Assembly (NCBI GenBank): GCA_963740095.1 | Contig: CAVUDN010000042.1 | Coordinates: 4,295 to 68,294, forward strand | Length of the DNA stretch: 64,000 nucleotides | Reading direction: 5' to 3' | Source of the DNA: an uncultured Acidobacteriota bacterium | Lineage (GTDB): Bacteria > Acidobacteriota > Terriglobia > Acidiferrales > UBA7541 | Part shown: positions 16,302 to 27,289 of the stretch, piece by piece | Layout: each line of letters opens with the position of its first letter | Position numbering within the stretch: the stretch's first letter is position 1 | Position numbers and translations under genes: made by a program | The notes under the pieces: model-generated | Database searches by the model: none | Told to the model about the DNA's origin: nothing | The model's input: only the letters and a program-made list of their open reading frames with translations

Positions 16302-16763
16302 TCACGCCCCAGCGCTATGGCTTCGCTCACGGACCACGCCCACCGGCCCAGCCGCGTGGCTGGTGAGCACGGTCCCGGCGCCCCGCTGCTCGTCGCGTTT
16401 TGCGCGAATCACCATCCATTCGACGTCCGTCGGCCGGCACGCTGCGCTGATCACCTCGAAGACTCCCAAGTCCTTCGCCCTCTTGTACTGCTCGGAGTCG
16501 GCAGCAGCGGCCAAGAGGACGACGCGGGCCCTCGTTCCGGGCTTTCGCCCGGCCGCAGCAGTCAGCACATCCCGGTAATCGCCATCGGCGAAGGAGCGGT
16601 CGCAGAAGACCAGTCCGACGTCATGGCCATCGAGTATCTCGCGGCACTGGCTCACGTTAGCTGCACAGAAGGTGCCGAACCCCTGTTGGTCGAGGATCGA
16701 CACCAGATGGCGGCGGTTCTCCAAATCCGAAGAAGCAACCATGATCTGCCATGTGTCGCTCAT
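16302..16763 (-). CDS. Stand-alone receiver-like (CheY-like) domain protein, atypical
   Basis: ATG at 16763 with GGGAGG upstream. The fold pattern fits a receiver domain: IMVASSD...GLVFCDRSFADGD...VVLL...EVISAACRP. The usual DD acidic pair is SSD, and the conserved Lys position reads C-R-P. Confidence 0.55.
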   Translation of the reverse strand: MSDTWQIMVASSDLENRRHLVSILDQQGFGTFCAANVSQCREILDGHDVGLVFCDRSFADGDYRDVLTAAAGRKPGTRARVVLLAAAADSEQYKRAKDLGVFEVISAACRPTDVEWMVIRAKRDEQRGAGTVLTSHAAGPVGVVRERSHSAGA

Positions 16764-17021
16764 GTTGGCCTCCCTGAAGGTGTCCGCCCAAAGCGTGGAA
16801 AGCAAGAATGGAGCAGACTGACATAAGAGGCAATCCGCAATAGACCCTAGAGACGCGCCCAAAAATACGGTATCGGAGTTTCCGAACGGGCGATGGGCTT
16901 CGCTGCCAGGAGACGCGCGGCATTTAGCCAGAATTTTGCGTCTCCGACGCGCCCGCAAGAGTATGATATGGCTCCCTAGGGCGCCCTACGCCCCTGCAGA
17001 GGTCTCCGCCGGAGGTTCGCC

Positions 17022-18674
17022 ATGAAGAAGCCACTCACCATCATCGGGATCGTGATTGTGGTGTTGCTGCTGATCGTCATCATCTTGCCCTTCGTGATCA
17101 ACGTGAACCGCTTCAAGCCCACGCTCGAATCCAAGCTCACGGACGCGCTGGGCCGCAAGGTCGAAATCGGCAACATCGGGCTCTCGATCATTTCGGGCAG
17201 CGTCAACGTGGACAACCTGGTGATCGCAGACGATCCCGCCTTTAGCCACTCACCCTTCCTGCAAGCCAAGGAGCTGAAGGCTGGCGTCGCACTCATGCCG
17301 CTGATCTTTTCGCAGAAACTCGAGGTGAACTCGTTCACAATCACCGATCCGCAGGTCTCGATTCTGCATTCGCCGTCGGGCAAATGGAATTTCTCGAGCC
17401 TCGGCGCCGGCGCATCGCAAACGAAAACCAGCACCTCGAGCTCTTCCGCAGCGGCGGCCTTTTCTGTCGCGGAGCTGAAGCTCACGAACGGCACGATGGT
17501 GGTGGGCAGGATAGGTCCTGGCGGGAAGACGCAGACGTACCAGGACATGAACCTCGAGGCTTCCGATCTTTCCTATACGTCCCAATTTCCGTTCAAGTTT
17601 TCGGCGAAAACGCCAGGGGACGGCACCATAAAAGTGGAAGGCAAGGCCGGCCCGATCAATGCGACGGACGCATCGCTCACGCCGCTCAGCGCGACCGTCG
17701 ACGTCAAGCATCTTGACCTCGCTTCGACCGGATTCGTCGATGCTTCCTCCGGCCTCGCCGGATTGATCGACTTTACCGGCGACCTCGCCTCCGACGGCCA
17801 GCAGATGACCTCGAAGGGCACCGTAAAGGCGGACAAGATCAAAGTCGTGCCGGCCGGCTCGTCCTCGAAGGTCCCGGTCAACGTCGATTACGCCACGGCG
17901 TACGACATGAAGAAGCAGACGGGCGTCCTCAATACTGGCGACGTCCACATCGGCAGCGCTCTCGCGCATCTCACCGGTACCTACGACACCTCCGGCACGA
18001 CTGCCAAGCTCGATATGAAGCTCAACGGAAGCGGCATGCCCGTCGCCGATCTCGAAGGCGTCCTGCCGGCTGTCGGTGTGACGCTGCCTTCCGGCGCAGC
18101 CCTCACGAGCGGCGGCCTGAATCTGAATCTCACGATCACGGGACCGGTCGACAAGCTCATCATCGCGGGCCCAGTCGATCTCGCGAACGGCAAGCTCTCC
18201 GGCTTCAACCTGAAATCGAAACTGGGCGCGCTTTCCTCGTTCGGCGGGCTGGGCGGCGGCGGAGGCAGCGGCTCCGACACCGAAATTCAGAAGCTGAGCG
18301 CGAATCTCCACGTCGATCCCAGTGGGACGCAGGCCAATGATTTGATCGTGGTCGTCCCCTCGATCGGCACCGTCACCGGCACGGCCAACGTCAGCGCCAG
18401 CAATCAGCTCAATTGCAAAATGTCCGCCAAGCTTGCGGGAGGCATCGGCACGGTGACTTCGGCCCTCACATCGTTTGGAGGTGGTGGCGGCAATTCGCAG
18501 GGCATCCCGTTCACCGTCACCGGCACCACGTCGAATCCTGTATTCCTGCCCGACATGAAGGGCATGGCCGGCGGCATGGTGAAGGGCCTCGGCGGGAATG
18601 CCACGGGCACCGCGGGCACCGCCGCGAGCGCGGCAAAGTCTCTCGGCGGCCTCTTCGGCAAAAAGAAAAACTAG
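17022..18674 (+). CDS. AsmA-family outer-membrane biogenesis protein
   Basis: An N-terminal TM anchor followed by NVNRFKPTLESKLTDALGRKVEIGNIGLSIISGSVNVDNLVIADDP, typical of the AsmA N-terminal domain. Confidence 0.8.
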   Translation: MKKPLTIIGIVIVVLLLIVIILPFVINVNRFKPTLESKLTDALGRKVEIGNIGLSIISGSVNVDNLVIADDPAFSHSPFLQAKELKAGVALMPLIFSQKLEVNSFTITDPQVSILHSPSGKWNFSSLGAGASQTKTSTSSSSAAAAFSVAELKLTNGTMVVGRIGPGGKTQTYQDMNLEASDLSYTSQFPFKFSAKTPGDGTIKVEGKAGPINATDASLTPLSATVDVKHLDLASTGFVDASSGLAGLIDFTGDLASDGQQMTSKGTVKADKIKVVPAGSSSKVPVNVDYATAYDMKKQTGVLNTGDVHIGSALAHLTGTYDTSGTTAKLDMKLNGSGMPVADLEGVLPAVGVTLPSGAALTSGGLNLNLTITGPVDKLIIAGPVDLANGKLSGFNLKSKLGALSSFGGLGGGGGSGSDTEIQKLSANLHVDPSGTQANDLIVVVPSIGTVTGTANVSASNQLNCKMSAKLAGGIGTVTSALTSFGGGGGNSQGIPFTVTGTTSNPVFLPDMKGMAGGMVKGLGGNATGTAGTAASAAKSLGGLFGKKKN

Positions 18675-18802
18675 CTTCCGCTGATGACAACAGGTTGAGA
18701 CGTGGGTCGCGCGAGAACGACGCGGGTCAAGGTTTAAACGTAGCGCCGGGTCCTTTAGCCCGGCATCTTTTCTCGGGGTATCCGTTGAGCGCAGCGATGC
18801 TC

Positions 18803-19438
18803 CTATGAGCCTCTCGCAAATGTCCCCTCGGCCTCGCCGAAAAGATTTCGCATCGCCCGCACCACGGCGCGAATCATCGCCGCGATCACAACGAGCCCCA
18901 CCACCGCGATTCCCGCGGCCGCATACGCATGCCGCGTCGCAAACCACATCAGGAACACCACCAGCGCATCCTCACTGAGACTCAGCGCGATATTGGAAAA
19001 GGGCTCCGGCGAATGTGACACCGCCGCCCGCGCGGCGGTCTTGCCGCTGTGCGCGGCCAGCGCGATCAGCGAACCAACAATCGTCGCGACCAGCCGCTCC
19101 CGCTCCGGCAATTGCGCAGTCGCGCCGTAGGTGAGCAGCCCCGCCACCGGCACGCGCACGAACGTGTGCATCGCATTCCACAGCAGATCGAAAATCGGAA
19201 TTTTGTCGCCGACAAATTCGACGAGGAAGAGGACGCCGCAGATCGCGATCACGTACCAGTTGTCGACCAGCCGCAGCGGAGTCGGCAGCGTGAGAACGTG
19301 CGCGTGGCTCAGCAGCCCGAGCATCGCCACGGTGGCGTACACGTTGAGCCCCGCCGAAAAGCAAACAACAACCAGCAGCGCGGTCAGCTCGGTCCCGGAC
19401 GGCACGGGCGGCAGAATCGAAGCAAAGTGAGCCAGCAT
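18803..19438 (-). CDS. DUF4126-like integral membrane protein
   Basis: Multi-TM protein with the VEFVGDKIPIFDLLWNAMHTFVRVP segment characteristic of DUF4126. Confidence 0.7.
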   Translation of the reverse strand: MLAHFASILPPVPSGTELTALLVVVCFSAGLNVYATVAMLGLLSHAHVLTLPTPLRLVDNWYVIAICGVLFLVEFVGDKIPIFDLLWNAMHTFVRVPVAGLLTYGATAQLPERERLVATIVGSLIALAAHSGKTAARAAVSHSPEPFSNIALSLSEDALVVFLMWFATRHAYAAAGIAVVGLVVIAAMIRAVVRAMRNLFGEAEGTFARGS

Positions 19439-19472
19439 CGGCCTCGAAGATACGCGGCCCGCGCCTTTTGCG

Positions 19473-22400
19473 CTACTGCACGTTGATCGTCAGGCCAGGA
19501 ATCGTTTCCGTGACGCCGTTGATCGTCACCGTCACCGAAACGCCGTTGTAAGCTCCCACTGGCGTGCCCGGATTTGGAGGAGGACCGCTATTGCCTGAGC
19601 CACCACCACCACCGCAGCCCACGCTTACCGCCAGCAGCGCGAAGACGGCAAACATCAGCGCGATGCCCCAGCGTCGGCGTCGCTCGCGATAGCCAAACGC
19701 CAGCATGGCCGCGCACAGCAAGCATGCCAGCGCGAGAGTGCCCGCGGTCAGCCGCCAGCCGCCAATGTCCAGCCGATCGCGGGACGCGGGAATCACCGCC
19801 GAAGGTGCGGTCGTCTGAAACGTGATGGTCGCCGTGGCCGTGCCGTTCGTCGGTATCGTGATCGAAGCGCCGGAACTGCACGTCGTCTCCGAGGGCAAGC
19901 CGGTGCACATCGGCGTGACGGTCACTGCACCATTGCTGCTGAATCCGTTCTGCGCCGTGAAGGTCAGCACGGTCGATCCCATCGCGCCGGGCGCGCTCAC
20001 CGGAATCGTCGTCGGATTCGCCGTCACCGTGAAGGTCGGAGGAGGAGTCACCGTCACGGTTATAGCTGACGAGGAGGATCCAACGTAGTTCGTGTCTCCG
20101 TTATACGTAGCCGTAATTTGATCGGTGCCCACTGGGAGCGCGGTGGTGATCAGCTGCGCCTGCCCGTTCCCCACGTTGGCCAAATAGCCCACGCTGACTC
20201 CGTTAGACAAGAACTGCAGGGTCCCACTAGGTTGCGCCAGACCGCTTAATCCTCCCGAGATCGTCGCCGTCAGCGTGACGCTCTGCCCAATCGCGATCGT
20301 GCTGCTCGACGCAGCCACCGCCGTCGTCGTACCTACCCTTGTTACCGTCTCCGTCACCGAGCCGGACGACGTATTGTAATTGGTGTCGCCCGAGTAGTAC
20401 GCAATCACGTTGTGCACCCCGCCGGCTACCGCGGAGCTTGTCACCTGCGCCGATCCGTTTGACAGTGCCAACGTCCCGAGTCCCAGGCCGTAGTCCGTCG
20501 AGAACGAAACGTTTCCCGTAACTGCCGGACGACCGCCTTGATTCGTAGTCACTTCAGCCGTGTAAGTGACCGGCGTTCCGTACGGCACGTTGGAGTTCGA
20601 GGAACTGATTGTTACCGTGGCGGGGTAGAACACGATGACGGAGGTGGGCGAGGACGTAGAGGAGGCTGCATAGCTCGCGTCACCGCTGTATTTGGCCGTT
20701 ATCATATCCTGCCCCGGAGGCAGCAAGGTCGTGCTCGTGGTCGCATACACGGAAACGCTGTGCGTCGTTTGATTGACGCTACCCGAGACAGTGGCTGTGC
20801 CGACTGTGGTCGTGCCGTTCAGAAATGTGACTGTTCCGGTCGGTCCAATATTTGAATAGATGGCATCTTCGCTGGGTATCCACGCCTGAAGCGTAAAGCT
20901 CTGTCCCACGGTGCCGTTGCCCATGAATACGAATATCGTCTGTGTGGGACTCGGCGTCAGCGTAAGCGGCGCCGTCGCAGGATTCGGGTTCGGGGCCTTG
21001 AAGCTACTATCCCCGTTGTATTTTGCGCCGAGGGTGTGAGTTCCTCCGGGCAGGTCGATGGCTCGATCCTCGGTGTAGCCCAAAGAGTTCAACGCGAATG
21101 TTCCGCCATCAATTGCGGTTCCGTTATCCGTCAGCGTAACGCTGCCAGTCGGGCACCCCGAGTTGCCCGGCGCGTTGCCCGCGCACGCATCACCGGCCTG
21201 GCTGGTCACGTTGACTCGCAGCAATGAAGGCGTGCCGAACTCCGCTGTCGTAGCATTCGAGTTCGTGATGGCTCCGCTGTTCGGGTCGATCAGTTCGTAG
21301 GCGATAGATACCTTGCTCGCTTCCGGCGCGACGGTGACAGAGATCGGGGGCGAGGATGCGCTCGATCCAAAGGTGCCGTCCCCTGCGTACTGCGCCACAA
21401 CGTTGTACGTCCCGCCAGGCAGCGCGTTCGTGCTTCCGGTCGCCATACCGCTGCTCAGCACAAATCCCTGAACGCCGTCCGTCCCGTCGGGTCCCGTGTC
21501 CGCGATCAGCGAAACGTTCCCGCTCGGCGTCCCCGGGGTGCCCGAGACTCCGATATTGACGCCCACGGATTGGCCGTGCACGAGCGTGTTCAGTGTGACT
21601 CCGTTAGGTGGGGTCAGCGTCAGCATGGTCGTGCTTGTCTCGAACGCTGTCTCGGCCTTCGTCCACGCCTTCACAAGGTTATTTGTGTTTACGGAGCCAA
21701 GTCCGGTCGCGAGATCGTAGCCGGACGTGGTGGCGTACCCGGGAAGCACACCAACCGTGTCGCTGGGGTTCGAAGGTTTGCAGTTTGGACTGCCTCCAAC
21801 ACACGGCATCGCAATCGTCCCGTTGGTCGTGTCGTAGAAAACGCAGTTTGTGCCCGCGCCGCTGCTCGAATTGCAACTCGCTCCCGACTGTGCCGCCAGT
21901 TTGTAGAGGATGTAATTGGCGTTCCCTTGGCGGGAGCCTGTCTTCTGGTCGACCAGCGCCATGATTCCCGCGAAAGAGGGCGTCGACGCGGACGTGCCGC
22001 CGACGCCGAGAAACTCGGTGTTCGGGTCGGTTGAATCGCACGAAGTGTAGCCGGCTTGAAGCTGGTCAGCCTCGCAGATCAGATAGAACGCTCCGGACGG
22101 CGAACCCGAAGCGGCAAACAGCGAAACGTCCGGCACCGCGCGTGTCGTGCTTGTGCCCGCCTGCCACGTTGGTTTGGGGTAACCCCCCGTGCACGACGAT
22201 TGATTTGTGCCGTCAGACGTTGTGCAATTGCTCTTCCCCCCCGATCCGCCGACCGCCGTCACAAAACCGTACGAAGTCAACTGGGCATTGTTGCAATTGG
22301 TTTCGGCATTCGTACTATAGCCAAGCAGAGTTCCGAACACCGCATTGGTACAGGAATCGTTCCAGGTGGTTTCGGGAATGTACGAAAGAGCCGAAAGCGT

Positions 22401-23801
22401 GGCGGGCGTTCCGGTTGGAGCGCCCGGTGGAATGGAGTTCGTCGAGCTCCAATACGTTTTCGGGTTCGTCAAATCAAAGAAATCGGTGCCGCCCACGGCC
22501 ACGTTGTACGGCGTCGACGAGATGCCGTTCACCGAAAGGCCGTACTGCGCCGCACCTTGCGTGCCCGCATTCCTGTCGCACACTGCCGAGCCGCTGTCGC
22601 CGGTGGCGACGAGCACCGTAATCCCTTGCGCGGAGGCTTGCTGCCAGATCTGGTTGTAGAATTGGTTTCCCGCCGAACCCAGAAACAGCTCGCAAATTCC
22701 GTAGCTCTCACTGAGGATCGGCGCGAGATTGTTGTCCACTACGTACTGCGCGGAGAGATCGACGCCGAGGCTCGCTTCCGTGGTTTCCGATGTGACGACG
22801 TCGATCGTCGCTCCCTTCGCAACCGATCCTGCCCACTCGATGTCGAGATCGGATTCCGTCTCATCGCCTTGGACCGTACCGGGATCGGGCCCATCGAGGA
22901 TGATGGTCGGACTCTTCGCCGGCAGGCCGAAATAGCTCCGGAAGCTGCTGATGTCCGAAAGCGCGACATCGGTCTCGGCCACGATGGCAATCGTCTCGCC
23001 CGTGCCGTCAGTGGCGGGAGTGGCATTCCACAACGGAAGAACGTTGTAGATGGTCGCGAAATCGTAGGGACTGAGGCCGTAGCAACCTACTCCTGGCACA
23101 CCGCAAGTGCCCCCGAGCGTGAATAGTGGATTCGCGGATTGCAGCTTGCCGGTGGCTTTTGACCTGGAGACCACGCCATCGATGTGGTGCATCGCATGGC
23201 GCGGAAAATTGTAGAGCGAATCGATCCCCGCCACCACGGGCGTCAGCGCCGTCGGAATCTGCGGGTCGCTCGCATTGGCCCAGTGATCCTCATTATTCAC
23301 GTTGTAGCGGTGAATCTCGGTATGAAACGCATCGCGCACTTGCCCCGCCGTGCCCGAAAATTCGATCACCGTGCGTCCGTTCGACACGCGGTTCACCGTA
23401 AAACCGTGCGACTCCAGCCACGATGTGATCGTCTGGATATCCGCATCCGCGGGACCGAACTGCTGCCCGAATTGCTGCGGCGTGAGCCACGCATGATAGT
23501 TCGGCGACGATGCGTCCTGCTGCTGCTCCATGAGCGTGTCGAGCGCGGATTCCTGCGTGGCGCTGCGCTGCAGCACGAGCAGCATCCGCTGCATCGGCAG
23601 GGAATCGGGCGCCGCGCCGCGATCGAACTGAGCCTGTGCGAAAGGATGCGTATTACCGCGCAAAGTGGTGAGCCGCGACTCGTCGACGGCCGCCGTGATG
23701 CGCGGCGGCACGTTGCTGGTTTGTGCGAAAGCGGCGAAAGAAACGAAAGCGAACGTTGCGGCCGCGAGACAGCCGCGAAGGAATTGATGCCGGTTTTGCA
23801 T
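19473..23801 (-). CDS. Secreted sedolisin (peptidase S53, pro-kumamolisin type) fused to many Ig-like repeats, with an unusual C-terminal membrane segment
   Basis: Signal peptide MQNRHQFLRGCLAAATFAFVSFAAFAQ. Pro-kumamolisin activation domain (HAWLTPQQFGQQFGPADADIQTITSWLESHGF). Catalytic motifs ETESDLDIEWAG, ATGDSGS and GGTSASTPSFAG. These are followed by about 700 aa of Thr/Ser/Gly-rich Ig-like repeats. Confidence 0.9.
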   Translation of the reverse strand: MQNRHQFLRGCLAAATFAFVSFAAFAQTSNVPPRITAAVDESRLTTLRGNTHPFAQAQFDRGAAPDSLPMQRMLLVLQRSATQESALDTLMEQQQDASSPNYHAWLTPQQFGQQFGPADADIQTITSWLESHGFTVNRVSNGRTVIEFSGTAGQVRDAFHTEIHRYNVNNEDHWANASDPQIPTALTPVVAGIDSLYNFPRHAMHHIDGVVSRSKATGKLQSANPLFTLGGTCGVPGVGCYGLSPYDFATIYNVLPLWNATPATDGTGETIAIVAETDVALSDISSFRSYFGLPAKSPTIILDGPDPGTVQGDETESDLDIEWAGSVAKGATIDVVTSETTEASLGVDLSAQYVVDNNLAPILSESYGICELFLGSAGNQFYNQIWQQASAQGITVLVATGDSGSAVCDRNAGTQGAAQYGLSVNGISSTPYNVAVGGTDFFDLTNPKTYWSSTNSIPPGAPTGTPATLSALSYIPETTWNDSCTNAVFGTLLGYSTNAETNCNNAQLTSYGFVTAVGGSGGKSNCTTSDGTNQSSCTGGYPKPTWQAGTSTTRAVPDVSLFAASGSPSGAFYLICEADQLQAGYTSCDSTDPNTEFLGVGGTSASTPSFAGIMALVDQKTGSRQGNANYILYKLAAQSGASCNSSSGAGTNCVFYDTTNGTIAMPCVGGSPNCKPSNPSDTVGVLPGYATTSGYDLATGLGSVNTNNLVKAWTKAETAFETSTTMLTLTPPNGVTLNTLVHGQSVGVNIGVSGTPGTPSGNVSLIADTGPDGTDGVQGFVLSSGMATGSTNALPGGTYNVVAQYAGDGTFGSSASSPPISVTVAPEASKVSIAYELIDPNSGAITNSNATTAEFGTPSLLRVNVTSQAGDACAGNAPGNSGCPTGSVTLTDNGTAIDGGTFALNSLGYTEDRAIDLPGGTHTLGAKYNGDSSFKAPNPNPATAPLTLTPSPTQTIFVFMGNGTVGQSFTLQAWIPSEDAIYSNIGPTGTVTFLNGTTTVGTATVSGSVNQTTHSVSVYATTSTTLLPPGQDMITAKYSGDASYAASSTSSPTSVIVFYPATVTISSSNSNVPYGTPVTYTAEVTTNQGGRPAVTGNVSFSTDYGLGLGTLALSNGSAQVTSSAVAGGVHNVIAYYSGDTNYNTSSGSVTETVTRVGTTTAVAASSSTIAIGQSVTLTATISGGLSGLAQPSGTLQFLSNGVSVGYLANVGNGQAQLITTALPVGTDQITATYNGDTNYVGSSSSAITVTVTPPPTFTVTANPTTIPVSAPGAMGSTVLTFTAQNGFSSNGAVTVTPMCTGLPSETTCSSGASITIPTNGTATATITFQTTAPSAVIPASRDRLDIGGWRLTAGTLALACLLCAAMLAFGYRERRRRWGIALMFAVFALLAVSVGCGGGGGSGNSGPPPNPGTPVGAYNGVSVTVTINGVTETIPGLTINVQ

Positions 23802-23983
23802 GGCCGCCTCTGGGTGGCTAACCAAGCCCCAAGTGATTTCAGTCCCTGCTGGGCGCAAACCAAGTCTTCTGCGCGCAGCCTGGAACGATCGCGAGCGCCC
23901 AACCCTCTTGTGTGGGCGATATATTGCCGATTCCGACACGGGCCGTCAAGGGCAATCGGTTGTGCGGGAGCGTACAGTTGCGG

Positions 23984-26662
23984 TTAGAGCATCTGCCGAA
24001 GGACGTACTGCAGAATGCCGCCGTGCTGGTAATAGGAGACCTCGAACGGCGTGTCGACGCGTACAAGAGCCGTAAAATCTTTCGTTTTCCCGGCGGCGTC
24101 GCGGGCGCGAGCTTTGATTTTCTTTCGCGGCTCGAAATTCTGCGCCAGGCCCTCGAAATCGAAGATCTCGAGGCCGGTAAGGCCGAGCGACTTGGCGTTT
24201 TCGCCGGGCAGAAATTCGAGCGGCAGCACGCCCATTCCCACCAGATTGCTGCGATGAATTCGCTCGAAGCTCTCAGCCAGCACCGCACGCACGGCTAGAA
24301 GAATCGTTCCCTTGGCGGCCCAGTCGCGCGATGAGCCCGACCCGTATTCTTTCCCCGCGATCACCAGTAGCGGCACGCCCTCTTCGCGGTATTTCATCGC
24401 GGCGTCGTAAATCGTCATCTGCTGATCGCCCGGCTGATGGACGGTCCAGCCGCCCTCGGTGCCGGGCGCGAGCTGATTGCGCAGGCGAATATTCGCGAAC
24501 GTGCCGCGCATCATCACTTCGTGATTGCCGCGCCGCGCGCCATACGAATTGAAGTCTTTCGGCTGCACGCCGTGCGCGATCAGATATTTTCCCGCGGGGC
24601 TGTCCGCCGGAATCGACCCGGCCGGCGAAATGTGATCGGTCGTGATCGAATCGCCGAGCACGGCCAGCGCACGCAGCCCGCGCAAATCCGAAATCGCGCC
24701 CGGCTTCACCGGCATTTTCTCGAAATACGGCGGATTCTTGATGTACGTCGATTTGTCGTCCCACGCGTAAAGATCGCCTTCGGGAACCGGCAGCGCGCGC
24801 CACTGGTCATCACCCGTGAAAACGTCCGCGTATTCCTTGTGAAACATTTCGGTCGTCACCGAGCTGCGCATCGTCGCTTCCACTTCCTGCGGCGTCGGCC
24901 AGATATCGCGCAGGTAGACCGCATTCCCGGATTTGTCCTCGCCGATCGGTTCGTTGACGATATCGAAATCCATCCGCCCCGCAATCGCGTATGCCACCAC
25001 CAGCGGCGGCGACGCAAGATAATTGGCGCGGCACAGCGGATTGATACGTCCTTCGAAATTGCGATTGCCGCTCAGCACCGACACGGCGACGAGATTATTC
25101 TCCTTGATCGCCTTCCCGATCGAATCCGAGAGCGGCCCGCTGTTGCCGATGCAGGTCGTGCAGCCGTAGCCCACGAGATTGAACCGCAGCTCGTTTAAGA
25201 ACGGCCACAGCCCCGCCTTCTCGATGTAGTCGGTCACTACTTTCGAGCCGGGCGCGAAGCTCGTTTTCACCCAGGGCTTCACAGTGAGGCCGCGCTCCAC
25301 GGCCTTCTTCGCCAGCAGCCCGGCGCCCAGCATCAGCGACGGATTCGACGTGTTGGTGCAGCTCGTGATTGCCGCGATCACCACCGAGCCGTCCGCAAGC
25401 TCGAATTTGTCGCCGTTGTTTTGTACGCTCGTGTGCCTCGCCGGTTCCGTGAGGACTTTTTCAAATGCCGATTTCGCCTGCGTCAACGGCACGCTATCCT
25501 GCGGCCGCTTCGGCCCGGCCATCGTCGGCACCACTTTCGAGAGATCGAGTTCGAGCGTGTCCGAGAAAATCGGATCGGCCGTCGCGTCCGTCCGAAAGAG
25601 TCCCTGTTCCTTCGTGTATGCCTCGACGAGCTTCACCTGATCCTCGTGCCGGCTGGTGAAGCGCAGGTACGCCAGCGTCTCCGAATCGACCGGGAAGAAT
25701 CCCATCGTCGCGCCATATTCGGGCGCCATATTGGCGATCGTCGCGCGGTCGGGCAGCGTGAGGCTCGAAAGCCCGGTGCCGTAAAACTCGACGAATTTTC
25801 CGACCACGCCTTTCTTCCGCAGCATCTGCGTCACCGTGAGGACGAGATCGGTCGCCGTCGCGCCTCCCGGCAAGCGCCCGTGCAGCTTGAACCCGACCAC
25901 GGCCGGAATCAGCATCGAGAGCGGCTGCCCCAGCATTGCAGCCTCCGCTTCGATTCCGCCCACGCCCCAGCCAAAAACGCCGAGGCCATTGACCATCGTC
26001 GTATGCGAATCGGTGCCTACCAGCGAATCGGGAAACGCGAACCGCTTGCCGTCCTGCTCCACGCTGAAGACCACGCGCGCCAGGTATTCGAGATTCACCT
26101 GGTGGCAAATCCCGGTATCCGGCGGGACGACGCGAAAATTCCGCAGGCTCTTCTGCCCCCATCGCAGAAACGCGTAGCGCTCGATATTGCGCTGCATTTC
26201 GAGTTCGGCGTTGAACGCGAAGGAATTCGCCGTGCCGAATTTGTCGACCTGAACGGAATGGTCGATCACCAATTCGGCGGGCAGCAGCGGATTGATTTTC
26301 TTCGGGTCGCCGCCGAGATTCCGGATCGCATCGCGCATCGCCGCGAGGTCAACCACCGCTGGAACGCCCGTGAAATCCTGCAGCAACACGCGCGCCGGCA
26401 TGAACGAAACTTCTTTTTCGGTCGCGCCCGAGGCCGAAGTCGGATCCCACGCCGCGAGCGCCCGAATGTCGTCCGCGTGGACGAACCGCTCATCCTCGTG
26501 CCGCAGCAAATTCTCGAGCAGCACCTTCAGCGAAAAGGGCAGCCGCGCCACGTTGCCCACCTTCGAGGACGCAAGCGATTCCAGCCGGTAAATCTCAAAC
26601 GAATCCTTGCCCACACGGAGCGTAGCGCGAGTCGAGAAAGAGTTTTTCGAGGCAGCCGTCAT
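23984..26662 (-). CDS. acnA: Aconitate hydratase A
   Basis: 892 aa. Motifs [38 protein letters not shown] and [10 protein letters not shown]. Confidence 0.95.
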   Translation of the reverse strand: MTAASKNSFSTRATLRVGKDSFEIYRLESLASSKVGNVARLPFSLKVLLENLLRHEDERFVHADDIRALAAWDPTSASGATEKEVSFMPARVLLQDFTGVPAVVDLAAMRDAIRNLGGDPKKINPLLPAELVIDHSVQVDKFGTANSFAFNAELEMQRNIERYAFLRWGQKSLRNFRVVPPDTGICHQVNLEYLARVVFSVEQDGKRFAFPDSLVGTDSHTTMVNGLGVFGWGVGGIEAEAAMLGQPLSMLIPAVVGFKLHGRLPGGATATDLVLTVTQMLRKKGVVGKFVEFYGTGLSSLTLPDRATIANMAPEYGATMGFFPVDSETLAYLRFTSRHEDQVKLVEAYTKEQGLFRTDATADPIFSDTLELDLSKVVPTMAGPKRPQDSVPLTQAKSAFEKVLTEPARHTSVQNNGDKFELADGSVVIAAITSCTNTSNPSLMLGAGLLAKKAVERGLTVKPWVKTSFAPGSKVVTDYIEKAGLWPFLNELRFNLVGYGCTTCIGNSGPLSDSIGKAIKENNLVAVSVLSGNRNFEGRINPLCRANYLASPPLVVAYAIAGRMDFDIVNEPIGEDKSGNAVYLRDIWPTPQEVEATMRSSVTTEMFHKEYADVFTGDDQWRALPVPEGDLYAWDDKSTYIKNPPYFEKMPVKPGAISDLRGLRALAVLGDSITTDHISPAGSIPADSPAGKYLIAHGVQPKDFNSYGARRGNHEVMMRGTFANIRLRNQLAPGTEGGWTVHQPGDQQMTIYDAAMKYREEGVPLLVIAGKEYGSGSSRDWAAKGTILLAVRAVLAESFERIHRSNLVGMGVLPLEFLPGENAKSLGLTGLEIFDFEGLAQNFEPRKKIKARARDAAGKTKDFTALVRVDTPFEVSYYQHGGILQYVLRQML

Positions 26663-26909
26663 ACGAGCGCGAATTCTCCTTTAGCCCAACATCATATCTT
26701 AACGCACCCGACGAGTGGCGGGTCTCCGTTTTTGGCGATTGCAGGATGTGGTACAGGCGACACACCCCAGCCGGGGTGTTCCATGAGCCGCTCGTTGCCA
26801 GGAACGCGCCAAGTGCGGCATTTTCTGCACATTTAAGGGCTGTCTAAGCGCCCGATGGGAGGGTCGTTGACTCCCCTGTCGGAGCACGAATTTCGAGAGT
26901 AGTTTTGCG

Positions 26910-27209
26910 TTAATGTTTCGGCGCGACGTAGCCCTCGGGCAGCTTCGAACCGTCGCCAAAGAAGAACTGCTCCATCTGTTCTTCCATGATTTTCTGCGAA
27001 TTGGGATCGAGCGGATTCAGCCGAAATTCATTCAGCAGCATCTTCGAGTGGTTCACCCACATGCCCCAGGCTTCTTTCGAGATGCTTTCGTAGATGCGCT
27101 TGCCGATTTCGCCCTTCCAGGGCGGGCGGTCGAGCCCGGGCAGTTCCTTCCCGAGCTTCGCGCATTTCACCATGCGCACGGTTTGCGCGCCCGGCTTTTC
27201 GTCAGCCAT
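26910..27209 (-). CDS. yggX: Fe(2+)-trafficking / oxidative-damage protection protein, YggX family
   Basis: 99 aa. VKCAKLGKELPGLDRPPWKGEIGKRIYESISKEAWGMWVNHSKMLLNEFRLNP is a close match to the YggX pattern. Confidence 0.85.
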   Translation of the reverse strand: MADEKPGAQTVRMVKCAKLGKELPGLDRPPWKGEIGKRIYESISKEAWGMWVNHSKMLLNEFRLNPLDPNSQKIMEEQMEQFFFGDGSKLPEGYVAPKH

Positions 27210-27289
27210 CGAGACAGTGCCTCCAATCGAAACGTGCGTGAACTTCCAAGATACTTCAGCCAGATGGGAAAATCCATGTGTCGAAGGCT

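Noticed and set aside
17250-18947. 565-aa minus-strand ORF
   Set aside because: It lies antisense to the AsmA-family gene. It is an Arg/Gly/Ala-rich shadow frame with no SD and no motifs.
25421-26836. 471-aa plus-strand ORF opposite acnA, together with 24437-25198
   Set aside because: The opposite strand encodes an unmistakable aconitase. The composition is that of an Arg-rich shadow ORF.
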